Shown here piece after piece: positions 1 through 8,126 of a DNA stretch of 20,000 bases; the first letter of the stretch is position 1; each line of letters begins with the position of its first letter. Source of the stretch: an uncultured virus (IMG/VR IMGVR_UViG_3300034062_002168). Its lineage: Duplodnaviria; Heunggongvirae; Uroviricota; Caudoviricetes. Both the position numbers and the translations under genes were made by a program. The notes under the pieces were generated by a model. That model worked only from the letters and a program-made list of their open reading frames with translations. It did no database searches and was not told the origin of the DNA. The stretch lies in IMG/VR virus record IMGVR_UViG_3300034062_002168. One strand, written 5' to 3'.

Positions 1-80
1 CCGGAGCAGCCATCTCCCTGCTGGCACTAAGCCCACTGCCGCTGATCGCTTCCATCATCGCACTCAAGTCGATGTACTGA
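1..80 (+). CDS. 3' end of a small membrane protein (truncated by window edge)
   Basis: Frame from nt 3 reads GAAISLLALSPLPLIASIIALKSMY-stop (TGA 78-80); hydrophobic. Confidence 0.55.
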   Translation, partial: GAAISLLALSPLPLIASIIALKSMY

Positions 81-82
81 TG

Positions 83-107
83 CAATCACCTGAGTATCAA
101 CAACTTG
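83..107. promoter_or_regulatory. IHF-like binding site (paired inverted half-sites)
   Basis: caatcacctgagTATCAAcaacTTG; 95-107 matches the IHF consensus WATCAANNNNTTR; a related 25-mer lies at 11623-11647. Confidence 0.45.
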
Positions 108-128
108 TCATGGGATACAATTCCTTTG

Positions 129-136
129 TACCTTTG
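129..136 (+). promoter_or_regulatory. Bacteroidota-type sigma70 promoter -7 element
   Basis: TACCTTTG = TAnnTTTG consensus; intergenic; TTG 21 nt upstream; ATG at 144. Confidence 0.8.
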
Positions 137-143
137 TCGCATT

Positions 144-368
144 ATGACGACAAAGAAGTACGACAAGGTTCTGATCGAGCGTGTGCTGAAGATCCGCGAG
201 GGCATCGAACCGCAACCCTATTCCATCCTTCGTTCCGTAGACAAGACGCTGGACGATGTGCCCGACAAGTACCGCCGCATCCTTGGATCACGGGTGTTCC
301 CCGGCGACTCCCCGCTGGTGGAAAGGCTGGAGCAAGCCAAGGACAAGTTCATGAAGGCGTTCGCATAA
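144..368 (+). CDS. Hypothetical protein (74 aa), possibly a small DNA-binding regulator
   Basis: MTTKKYDKVLIERVLK...; start placed just downstream of the promoter; phage-like codon usage. Confidence 0.7.
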   Translation: MTTKKYDKVLIERVLKIREGIEPQPYSILRSVDKTLDDVPDKYRRILGSRVFPGDSPLVERLEQAKDKFMKAFA

Positions 369-392
369 CGGAAGTTATGAACAACTGTTGAC

Positions 393-417
393 AGGTACGA
401 ATTGATTCGTACCTTTG
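393..417 (+). promoter_or_regulatory. Promoter -7 element (410-417) overlapped by a 10-bp perfect inverted repeat (operator candidate)
   Basis: AGGTACGAAT-tg-ATTCGTACCT (393-414); TACCTTTG at 410-417; TTG 19 nt upstream. Confidence 0.75.
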
Positions 418-447
418 CGTCTCTTCGTCCACTAAACCCTAGCACCG

Positions 448-654
448 ATGCTTGTATACCGAATGTTTTGGCAGTACCGCGAATCCAAGGATTCCAAGGG
501 GGAGGGATCTCCCATCCTGTTTCACAAGGAAAAGGCAGAGCGTATCTGCCGTCACCACGACCATCTCTATCCGCACATCAGGCACTGGTGGGAGGAGGTG
601 TCGTTCAATGAGGAGGCACACGGCCACCTGTTGACCAATCCTCTAGAATCATGA
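448..654 (+). CDS. Hypothetical protein (68 aa)
   Basis: Follows the promoter; stop overlaps next ATG (ATGA 651-654). Confidence 0.6.
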   Translation: MLVYRMFWQYRESKDSKGEGSPILFHKEKAERICRHHDHLYPHIRHWWEEVSFNEEAHGHLLTNPLES

Positions 655-809
655 GCCGCATGGGACAGGTCTACATGGACTACATGGAGGCCAATAAGGT
701 CGATCCACGGCTGACCGAGGAGGAACACTTGGCCCGAGTGGCCTACAGCAAGAACAAACAACCGGCGAAAGCCACAAAACCAAAGACAGATGAGAGGAAG
801 CAGCAGTAA
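651..809 (+). CDS. Hypothetical protein (52 aa, not in ORF track)
   Basis: MSRMGQVYMDYMEANKVDPRLTEEEHLARVAYSKNKQPAKATKPKTDERKQQ; ATGA coupling; fills the gap before the SSB-like gene. Confidence 0.65.
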   Translation: MSRMGQVYMDYMEANKVDPRLTEEEHLARVAYSKNKQPAKATKPKTDERKQQ

Positions 810-1566
810 CGCCGGTTCTATCTTCCTGCGTATCGCAGAGGGGAAGATCGTGGAGACGGTAACGCCCGACCACCCGAACGCGGTGAAGCGTGTGAACAAG
901 CAGGGAAAGGAGGTCTACGAGCGCATCGACGACTTCGTTCAGGGCACGATCACGTCCATCTTCGAGCACACCAACGAGTACAATGGTGAGCAGATCAAGG
1001 AACTTCGTGTGCGGTTGCAGGACGGGGCCGATACCTACCAACTGTCCCTGAAGGAAGGCAGTCGATACTGGTCCTCCTTCGCCATCCGCATGCCCAACGT
1101 GGATCTCAAGAGGCCGGTGAAGTTCTCGCCCTTCAGCTTCACGGACAAGACCACGGGGGCAAATGTTGTGGGCATGAACCTGTTCCAAGGTGGAGAGAAG
1201 GTACAGCCCCGCTTCACCAAGGAGAACCCCGGCAAGATGCCACAGGGGAATCAGGTCATGTTCCAAGGCAAGCCGAAGTGGGATTTCTACGCCCGCGACC
1301 AGTTCCTGATCGGTGTCATCAATTACGTGGCCGGTCAGTTGCGTGTCGATGGCGAGGCCGTGGCAGGAGAGACGGGAATGCCGGTGCATCAGCCACAGGC
1401 CACATCGCAAAGCCAGCCGGTGTTCACGCAGCCGGTGGCACAGGCCATGGGGCAAACCCCACCACCCACCACCCAGTACCCCGGTACTGTTGTGCCGCCA
1501 CAGGCACCCATGCCTACGCAGCAGCCGATGCACATCACATCGGAGGTCGATGACCTCCCATGGTAG
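790..1566 (+). CDS. Putative single-stranded DNA-binding protein
   Basis: Beta-rich N-terminal domain, long P/Q/T low-complexity linker, acidic C-terminal tip EVDDLPW (SSB-like DDxPF); replication context. Confidence 0.65.
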   Translation: MRGSSSNAGSIFLRIAEGKIVETVTPDHPNAVKRVNKQGKEVYERIDDFVQGTITSIFEHTNEYNGEQIKELRVRLQDGADTYQLSLKEGSRYWSSFAIRMPNVDLKRPVKFSPFSFTDKTTGANVVGMNLFQGGEKVQPRFTKENPGKMPQGNQVMFQGKPKWDFYARDQFLIGVINYVAGQLRVDGEAVAGETGMPVHQPQATSQSQPVFTQPVAQAMGQTPPPTTQYPGTVVPPQAPMPTQQPMHITSEVDDLPW

Positions 1567-1580
1567 TAAGTAGTTGAACC

Positions 1581-1674
1581 GACCATAACGAACCACCCGA
1601 TCGTGTCCCTGTAACACATCCACACAGTTTAACCACTGAGTGTCTAGTGAGAAAGAGGGTGGATTCGTTTGGTC
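1581..1674. ncRNA. Candidate structured RNA/ssDNA element
   Basis: GACCA-t-AACGAA-CCACCC (1581-1598) pairs with GGGTGG-a-TTCGTT-TGGTC (1657-1674); small inner hairpins; lies in the largest intergenic gap of the operon. Confidence 0.4.
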
Positions 1675-1688
1675 AAATAACCTAGAAC

Positions 1689-2138
1689 ATGACAACCAAA
1701 GAAATTATCGACCACGTCGAGCGCCTTGCTATGGATGTGGAGAGCGGAGCGGATGGAACGGACGCCATCGACGCACTGGCCCAGCTACGGCTACTTGCCA
1801 AGGCCATGACCACGGCCGAACTGATCGTGGAGCCTAAGGCACGGGAGCAAGCAGCGAACATGCCCAAGGAGTTCGTACACAACGGGATGAAGTGGTCGCA
1901 GCGACCCGGATCACGCAAGCTAACCTTCGACCACATCGCACAGTACAAGGATATCCAAGAAGCAGCCAAGGCTGAACTGGAGGCCATTGCTGTGAAGGCA
2001 AGGTGGGCGTTCGACCAGATCCAGCGATCCACGAACCTTACGATGGTGGACGGCAAGCTGTTGAACCCGGAGACCGGGGAACTAGTGGAGCCAGCCAAGG
2101 CCACATTCAGCAAGGACTCCTTAGTGATGGGCAAATGA
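1689..2138 (+). CDS. Hypothetical phage protein (149 aa)
   Basis: Good codon usage, A-rich leader, ATGA overlap with next gene. Confidence 0.8.
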   Translation: MTTKEIIDHVERLAMDVESGADGTDAIDALAQLRLLAKAMTTAELIVEPKAREQAANMPKEFVHNGMKWSQRPGSRKLTFDHIAQYKDIQEAAKAELEAIAVKARWAFDQIQRSTNLTMVDGKLLNPETGELVEPAKATFSKDSLVMGK

Positions 2139-2566
2139 CAGAGGAACTATGCTCTGACCTTGACAGGTACATCGAACACGCTCGTTCCATGAACCTCACG
2201 CCACACCAGATGCTGGACCTTCAGACACAGATAGCGGGTGTGCGGTACACCCTGTCTCACAAGCTGGCCGAAGCTGAACGAGCCATGCTGTCGGCCAAAG
2301 ATCGGCGCGACCTGCACTTGGTCCGTGAGACACTGAAGCTGCAAGCCATGGACAAGAAGCTGTCCACCGCCCGGGCGCAGGATCAGGTGAACGATACCTT
2401 GACCATGGAGTTGATCCACCAAGATGTGATCTCCACCAAGATCGACCACGCATCCATCAAGGGACGTTTGGATACATCCAGTGATATGCTCGTGTCGCTG
2501 GCGCAAAGGATCAAACGAGCGGAACAGGAACAGATCGAATCACGGATGCAGACACGACACGCATGA
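2135..2566 (+). CDS. Helical protein (143 aa), possibly UvsY-like recombination mediator
   Basis: Start MTEELCSDL at ATGA overlap; all-helical pattern, size and position near SSB resemble UvsY-like proteins (function weakly supported). Confidence 0.6.
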   Translation: MTEELCSDLDRYIEHARSMNLTPHQMLDLQTQIAGVRYTLSHKLAEAERAMLSAKDRRDLHLVRETLKLQAMDKKLSTARAQDQVNDTLTMELIHQDVISTKIDHASIKGRLDTSSDMLVSLAQRIKRAEQEQIESRMQTRHA

Positions 2567-3858
2567 CCCAAGAACTCAACCAAGAACTGACCAAGGCAAA
2601 CCTGACCCAAGCCATCATCGCTGGGTTGCAGGGACAGGCCGAAGTATTGCTGGCCGAGAAGATCACCAGCAAGGCCGACTACGAGGCCGTGGATCGCTTC
2701 CGAAAGGACGTGAAGAACTACCGCCTCGCCGGTGAGAAGATCTTCGAGCACGAGATCGCAGAGCGTAACAGGCTCCACAAGGAGGCCATCGCCAAGAAGA
2801 AGGACGTGCTGGCCCCCATCATTGACGTGGAGAACAAGGCCAAGGCCCGTGTGTTCGAGTGGGAGTACGAGCAGGAGCAGAAGGCCAAGAAAGCCGAGGA
2901 AGATCGTCTGCGGGCCATTGAGGAGCGTAAAACAGCCCTGATGGAGATGGGCTACATGCTCAAGGAAGGAGTGTGGACGCTTGAAGGGCTGTCCATCGAC
3001 GCTGACGAGGCCATCAAGGCTGACGCGGAGAAGTGGGGCAACCTGTTACGGTCGCTACGGATGCACAGCGAAGAGGTTGCTGCTGCCAAGGCTGAAGCTA
3101 TTCGTCTGCAAGCTGAAGAGGCCGAACGGTTGGTCAAGCGACTGGCTGAACTGGAGGAAAAGGAGAAGGTCGTCCGTGAGGCTGAGGCCAAGGTTCGGGC
3201 CAGCGTGAATGAGGCAAGGAAGAACCAGATGCTGGCCGCGTGCCCTGACCTAGGGGCTGACGGCATTGCGGCTATCCTTGAAGAGCGCAACGATAGCGAT
3301 GAGGAGTGGAATGAATGGGTGCGCAAACTTGGCGAAGAGTATCAACAGCGTGTTGCTGCCCGTGCCCGCCAAGAACTGATCGCCACCCGTGTAGCTAGGC
3401 TGCATGATGCAGGGTGGTTCTCTGTCGAAACTGACCATGGGATAGCCGCAAGCCTGAGCATCACCATCGGTAACTCAACCAAATGGGAGGAGCATTTGCT
3501 TGAAGATATTGCTACTTGGCACGAGGACAACTTCCAGAGTCTTGTCGATCAAGGCTTCGAGGAACTCACCCGCCGCCAAGTCGCCAAGGAAGAAGCCATC
3601 CGTCAACAGGAGCGTGACCGCATCGCCAAGGAAGCAGCCGACAAAGCAGAGGCAGAACGGCTGGCTACTGAGCAGCGGGTGGCGATGGATGGCGACAAGG
3701 AACTGATCCGCCAGTGCTTGGTGGTGGTACAGAACGCTGGCGCCAAGCTCAAGGAGATCGTTCCACAGGTGAAGACCAAGGCCGTGAAGGACAAGGTTGA
3801 GCAGACCATGGAGATGCTGCGAAACTGTTACATTGAACTTAACAAACTACAACAATGA
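2563..3858 (+). CDS. Long coiled-coil protein (431 aa), DUF1351-like N-terminus
   Basis: E/K/A/R-rich heptad stretches; such genes are typical of phage recombination modules. Confidence 0.75.
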   Translation: MTQELNQELTKANLTQAIIAGLQGQAEVLLAEKITSKADYEAVDRFRKDVKNYRLAGEKIFEHEIAERNRLHKEAIAKKKDVLAPIIDVENKAKARVFEWEYEQEQKAKKAEEDRLRAIEERKTALMEMGYMLKEGVWTLEGLSIDADEAIKADAEKWGNLLRSLRMHSEEVAAAKAEAIRLQAEEAERLVKRLAELEEKEKVVREAEAKVRASVNEARKNQMLAACPDLGADGIAAILEERNDSDEEWNEWVRKLGEEYQQRVAARARQELIATRVARLHDAGWFSVETDHGIAASLSITIGNSTKWEEHLLEDIATWHEDNFQSLVDQGFEELTRRQVAKEEAIRQQERDRIAKEAADKAEAERLATEQRVAMDGDKELIRQCLVVVQNAGAKLKEIVPQVKTKAVKDKVEQTMEMLRNCYIELNKLQQ

Positions 3859-4085
3859 ACATTGACTGGATCTGTTTTCTGAAGGCTGTGGTAAGTGTTC
3901 TGTGTTCGCTTGCCATCTCTGCCCTGATAGTGGCGATTGGGATTGCTGCGATATGGGGTGTCGGCAAGGCGCTGGGTCGTCTTGGTGTGGATGAGGCAAC
4001 CACACATCGCGGTACTGCCATTGTGATTGCCAGTATTGCTGTGATCGCATTGTGCGCCATGACATACCTAAGAAACTGCCCATGA
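3855..4085 (+). CDS. Small membrane protein with two TM helices
   Basis: Two hydrophobic segments; ATGA overlaps at both ends. Confidence 0.7.
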   Translation: MNIDWICFLKAVVSVLCSLAISALIVAIGIAAIWGVGKALGRLGVDEATTHRGTAIVIASIAVIALCAMTYLRNCP

Positions 4086-4267
4086 GTTACAACCCCAACG
4101 GATCGCGGGAACACCGCCGCATGAAGCCACCGGTCTACGCACCCGTGGATCTCACCAAGAACAAGCAGCATAGCACGCTGCGACTCTCACACACTATAAC
4201 ACCAGAAGGATGGGGAACATCGAACCACTACACCGCAGCAGTAACGGCTTGGAAAACACGTTCCTAG
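4082..4267 (+). CDS. Hypothetical protein (61 aa)
   Basis: MSYNPNGSREH... begins at ATGA overlap; overlaps the next ORF by 58 nt if that starts at 4210. Confidence 0.45.
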   Translation: MSYNPNGSREHRRMKPPVYAPVDLTKNKQHSTLRLSHTITPEGWGTSNHYTAAVTAWKTRS

Positions 4268-4815
4268 GCCGACTGAACGACCGCGTAATGACAGCCGTCT
4301 GCGTGGCGATGCACGAGAACGACAGGGCCATGTCACCGGCACTATTGATGAGCAGGACGCGTCAGGCGGACATCGTATTTGCACGATCGACCTGCATGTT
4401 GATCCTGTGGGGATCTTATGGGCATGGAGTAACATCCATAGGCAACACATACGGGATGAACCACGCATCCGTGATCCATGCACGCACGTCATCGGTCAAC
4501 AGGATCGAGCAGGAGGGATGGTGCGGAAGGGTGTACATCACCGCCTGTCACCTGTTGAACATCGAGACTCTGGAATATATCCATCCGGTATTGGTGGACA
4601 AGAGATCGGAGCCGAAGCACACCAACAACGTCGTCAAGGTCCGAAGGATGCAAAGGGCAAATAGCCTAAAGGAACGACCACGAGAAACGTCCACAAGCCC
4701 AAGCGTATGGAGTGCCGAGCAACTGGCCCGAAGGAAGCTGGCTAATGATTTTCCGGGAGACGTACCACGAAGGCTTATACTTGCCTTTGAGAGGAGGTTT
4801 GGAGTGCAGCTTTGA
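4210..4815 (+). CDS. DnaA C-terminal (domain IV)-like helix-turn-helix protein
   Basis: SRTRQADIVFARSTCMLIL...VTSIGNTYGMNHASVIHA matches the DnaA domain IV pattern S-x-x-R...ARQ-x-AMYL...IG-x-x-FG-x-DHxTVxHA; no AAA+ domain; alternative start 4288. Confidence 0.8.
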   Translation: MGNIEPLHRSSNGLENTFLGRLNDRVMTAVCVAMHENDRAMSPALLMSRTRQADIVFARSTCMLILWGSYGHGVTSIGNTYGMNHASVIHARTSSVNRIEQEGWCGRVYITACHLLNIETLEYIHPVLVDKRSEPKHTNNVVKVRRMQRANSLKERPRETSTSPSVWSAEQLARRKLANDFPGDVPRRLILAFERRFGVQL

Positions 4816-4860
4816 GTACCTTGCCGACCGCCGTCCTAGAACCACTAAAACACCAATGAC

Positions 4861-5220
4861 ATGCCAGAGGAAGAAGTCTTTGCCGTATTCGGCAGACCAG
4901 ACATCAATGAGGCGATGGACTACTTTAGGTCCAAGCTGTCCGTCCCACTGGATGGGACAAATGAAGGCAACCGTCGCTTCGCCAAGCTGACCTTCGACTT
5001 CCTGAAGAAGGAGTACCCCGGAGCCAACCACATCTCGATGGTCAAGCGGCTGATCGACATTGCCATGTCCGACGAGTTCTGGCGGGGAGCCTGCACGTCC
5101 TTCAGGGTTCTCTACAACAACAAGAGCAAGCTGATGCTGTTGGGGAAGCAGCAGAAGGAGGCGGAGCAGAAGGAGAAGCCAGCCTATCGCATCGTGAACG
5201 GACTTAGACAGTGGGATTGA
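4861..5220 (+). CDS. Hypothetical protein resembling the C-terminal domain of phage replication initiators/helicase loaders
   Basis: Helical 119 aa with DEFW...S...LYNN motif, directly upstream of DnaB. Confidence 0.6.
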   Translation: MPEEEVFAVFGRPDINEAMDYFRSKLSVPLDGTNEGNRRFAKLTFDFLKKEYPGANHISMVKRLIDIAMSDEFWRGACTSFRVLYNNKSKLMLLGKQQKEAEQKEKPAYRIVNGLRQWD

Positions 5221-5221
5221 T

Positions 5222-6490
5222 ATGGATTACAAGCCATCCGACTCCCTCCCATACCAGCTTACGGCCATTCACTCCATGCTCTGCGGAGGGCTGGATGAAA
5301 TGGTCGGCACCCTGAGCGACGAGCACTTTGGTGACGAACGGGCGCTGACCATCTGGAGCAACTGCAAGAAGATGCGTCTGTCCGGGTACGAGGTCACTCC
5401 ACAGTCAGTCCGTGAGTTCGTTCTGGCAGAAGCCGGTGATACCGATGCCGCAGCATTGGTCGATGAGGCCATAAACTCGCCGCTGATCAGCACGGCGCTG
5501 GCTGTACGGACCCTGACCACCATGAGGGCCAGACAGCTTGCCTCAGATCTTGGAAAGTACCTTGTGAGCCAAGACGCCGCCAAGGATGGGGTAGAGGCCG
5601 TGGTGTCCAAGATCGCCCGCTTCTCCATGTCGTACAGCGTGATCACCTCGGAGCAGTACCAGACCTTGGGTGACTTCATGGCGAACATCGACAAGCCGGG
5701 AGACAAGCCACTGATCATCACTCCGGGCTTTGGTGAGATCGACAAGCACCTCCGCTTCCGACCCGGCACCATGAACTTGCTGGCCGCTCCCCCGGGCGTT
5801 GGCAAGACTGCCACCCTGCTGAACATGGCGGTCAACGCTGCCTACCAAGGCCACGCATCTCTGACGATCAGCTTAGAGATGCCAGCCTATGACCTGAACG
5901 CACGGTTGACGGCCATTATTGCTGGTGTATCTGCCTTCAACGTGAAGGAGAAGAGCATGAGCCAGCAGGAGATAGACCATGTGCTTTCCGTCCGAGAGGG
6001 GTACGCCAACATCATTGACAGGGTCGGCTTAGTAGCCCCGGTGAGGATGCACGTAGACGCCCTGCTGGCCGAGATATCCAAGTGGCAGAAGGAGAAGGAC
6101 ATCAAGATCGTGTTCGCGGATTACGCCCAGCTTTTCGGATCATCTGGCAAGAGCGAGTACGAGGAGGTTACGTACATCAGCAAGGTCATCATGCAGACGG
6201 CCAAGCTGGCTGGCATCCCGATAGTTGCCGTCTCCAGCACAAGGAGGAAGGGTAAGGACGAGACTGGCGGACCTTCGATGCACGATCTTCGCTCCTCTGG
6301 AAAGCTGGAGTACGATAGCAATACCATCACCATGGTGTCACGTAACAAGGACAACAAGAACATCCTCCAGATGGACATTGTGAAGAATAGGGACGGAGGA
6401 CTTTTTGGCTGCGATCTGTACTACGACTTTATCACGCAGCGCATTAGGGCCAACGATCCGGTTCCGTTCACTCCAAAGGCATCGGCATGA
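5222..6490 (+). CDS. dnaB: DnaB-like replicative DNA helicase (SF4)
   Basis: Walker A APPGVGKT, H1a ISLEM, Walker B VFADYAQL, H4 DLRSSGKLEYD, arginine-finger KNRDG. Confidence 0.93.
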   Translation: MDYKPSDSLPYQLTAIHSMLCGGLDEMVGTLSDEHFGDERALTIWSNCKKMRLSGYEVTPQSVREFVLAEAGDTDAAALVDEAINSPLISTALAVRTLTTMRARQLASDLGKYLVSQDAAKDGVEAVVSKIARFSMSYSVITSEQYQTLGDFMANIDKPGDKPLIITPGFGEIDKHLRFRPGTMNLLAAPPGVGKTATLLNMAVNAAYQGHASLTISLEMPAYDLNARLTAIIAGVSAFNVKEKSMSQQEIDHVLSVREGYANIIDRVGLVAPVRMHVDALLAEISKWQKEKDIKIVFADYAQLFGSSGKSEYEEVTYISKVIMQTAKLAGIPIVAVSSTRRKGKDETGGPSMHDLRSSGKLEYDSNTITMVSRNKDNKNILQMDIVKNRDGGLFGCDLYYDFITQRIRANDPVPFTPKASA

Positions 6491-7686
6491 GCAGCCACCG
6501 CTACGCATTCGCCCACAAGCTGCCCAAGCGTAGCTGCCCCTCATGTGGAGAACGCCGCTTGCGCACCTACCTAGACCTGACCACTGGAGAGGAGTGCGAC
6601 ACGAAGTATGGAGTATGCGACAGGAAGGATGGGTGTGGGTACTTTCTCGCCCCAAGCAAAATAGCCAAGGACTACGAACCAAAGAAGAAGATGCAACCAC
6701 CACCTATTCGTCGAACAAGCTGGCGCTGCCCCAGCAAGTACGTGGACTCCACGTTGCAGCACACCAACAGCAACACACTCCTCAACTGGCTACGATCATG
6801 CGCTGGGGTTGAAGCAGACGCCGCGTGGGCACAGTACCGCATCGGCACCTATCCACCGGGCAGGCGCACCGAACTGATGTACGCTACGTGCTTCTGGCAG
6901 ATCGGTGGCGATGACATGCCACGGTCGGCCAAGATCATCCCCTACCACCACAACGGCAAGCGGGTGAAGGAACTTGGTTCAACGTGGATCCACTCTGTGA
7001 TCACCGCCACGCCAGAGAACCCACGGGGAGAGTCCATGGACGCGCTGGGTATAGGCCAGTGCCTGTTCGGAGAGCACTTGCTTCGCCAGCGACCTGATGC
7101 CTTGGTGGCCGTAGTCGAGAGTGAGAAGTCGGCGGTCATTGGTGCCTGCTTCTATCCAGAGGTGGTGTGGGTGGCAACCGGAGGCTCTAACACATTTACC
7201 GTGGAGCGTTGCATGGCCTTGGCTGGCCGGAATGTCGTGGTCTTCCCAGATGCTGGGATGTACGAGGACTGGCTGGCTCACTCCATTGACATCTCGCTCA
7301 TGTGTGAGAGCATGGTGGTCAGCGATATCCTCGAAGCCATGGGCGTTCCCAAGGGCGATGACATTGCTGACTACCTGATCCACGAGCAGGATGGGCAGTA
7401 CATTCAGGTGGTGGATCTGTATTGGATACTGACGCCGACCGTCACTACTCCCGCAACTATCCCGCAACCATTGCAGGATACGACTCCGGCCGACCCACAG
7501 CGCCAACGTATCGACGCTTGGACCAACAACGTAGCCCAGCCGTGGGGTAATCAGCAGTTCATGCAGACCATTGCCAAGTCACCAATGGCTGAGATTTTTG
7601 AACGACCAGCCATCAAGGAACTGGATAGGATATTTGATCTGGACAAGGCTAACGCAACACTCAAACCATACAATGGAACGGCATAA
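6487..7686 (+). CDS. Primase-like protein: N-terminal Zn ribbon + DUF6371/Toprim domain
   Basis: CPSC...CDRKDGC Zn ligands; QCLFGEHLL, VAVVESEKSA, VWVATGG, VFPD, DDIADYL; coupled to dnaB. Confidence 0.82.
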   Translation: MSSHRYAFAHKLPKRSCPSCGERRLRTYLDLTTGEECDTKYGVCDRKDGCGYFLAPSKIAKDYEPKKKMQPPPIRRTSWRCPSKYVDSTLQHTNSNTLLNWLRSCAGVEADAAWAQYRIGTYPPGRRTELMYATCFWQIGGDDMPRSAKIIPYHHNGKRVKELGSTWIHSVITATPENPRGESMDALGIGQCLFGEHLLRQRPDALVAVVESEKSAVIGACFYPEVVWVATGGSNTFTVERCMALAGRNVVVFPDAGMYEDWLAHSIDISLMCESMVVSDILEAMGVPKGDDIADYLIHEQDGQYIQVVDLYWILTPTVTTPATIPQPLQDTTPADPQRQRIDAWTNNVAQPWGNQQFMQTIAKSPMAEIFERPAIKELDRIFDLDKANATLKPYNGTA

Positions 7687-7924
7687 AGGATACCTACCAA
7701 ACATGGAGCACGGGATAATCGTCTGGTATAAGACCACGAGGACCAAGGCCATATCCGTGAACCTGAAGACCGGTGTTGAACAGCGCATTGGATCGGCTAT
7801 GGAAAGCATCCAAACCAACACCTCGGACTACGAGGAAGCCTGCAAGCAACTGGACCGACGCCTATCCAGCCCCAAGGCTGATCCACAGGTCAAGGCTGAT
7901 CCCAACCAACTCAAGCTGCTGTGA
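7673..7924 (+). CDS. Hypothetical protein (83 aa)
   Basis: MERHKGYLPN...PNQLKLL; GTGA overlap with next gene. Confidence 0.6.
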   Translation: MERHKGYLPNMEHGIIVWYKTTRTKAISVNLKTGVEQRIGSAMESIQTNTSDYEEACKQLDRRLSSPKADPQVKADPNQLKLL

Positions 7925-8109
7925 AGAAGAAGGCCACCTGTAGCTACTGCAACGACACGGGCTGGAGTGTACGGGCCTATCGGTTCGGCTGGCACGTAGC
8001 CGGGCACAGTGGCCTGTTCCAGAAGGGAGAGAAGGCGTATCAGTGCCCGTACTGCGAGAAGCCGGTCGATGCACCGAAACCACCAGAGGGTATGTTCGGT
8101 CAGAAATAG
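7921..8109 (+). CDS. Small zinc-finger protein
   Basis: CSYCNDTGW ... CPYC; GTG start overlapping upstream stop. Confidence 0.65.
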   Translation: MKKKATCSYCNDTGWSVRAYRFGWHVAGHSGLFQKGEKAYQCPYCEKPVDAPKPPEGMFGQK

Positions 8110-8113
8110 TTAG

Positions 8114-8121
8114 TACCTTTG
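8114..8121 (+). promoter_or_regulatory. Bacteroidota-type promoter -7 element
   Basis: TACCTTTG in a 17-nt intergenic gap, 5 nt before ATG 8127. Confidence 0.7.
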
Positions 8122-8126
8122 ATGAC

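Noticed and set aside
649..1695. 348-aa minus-strand ORF
   Set aside because: Antisense shadow of the SSB-like gene caused by codon bias; no motifs and opposes the operon direction
4200..4267. Programmed frameshift joining ORFs 4082 and 4210
   Set aside because: No canonical X XXY YYZ slippery heptamer seen in the overlap; alternative start at 4288 removes the overlap
4817..4824. TACCTTGC as a further promoter upstream of the 119-aa gene
   Set aside because: Deviates from TAnnTTTG and lacks a well-spaced -33 element; possible but unsupported
7871..7903. Short direct repeat caaggctgatcc (KADP twice); also ctacatgga twice near 671 and tcccgcaa twice near 7449
   Set aside because: Two-copy micro-duplications in flexible coding regions; too few for iterons
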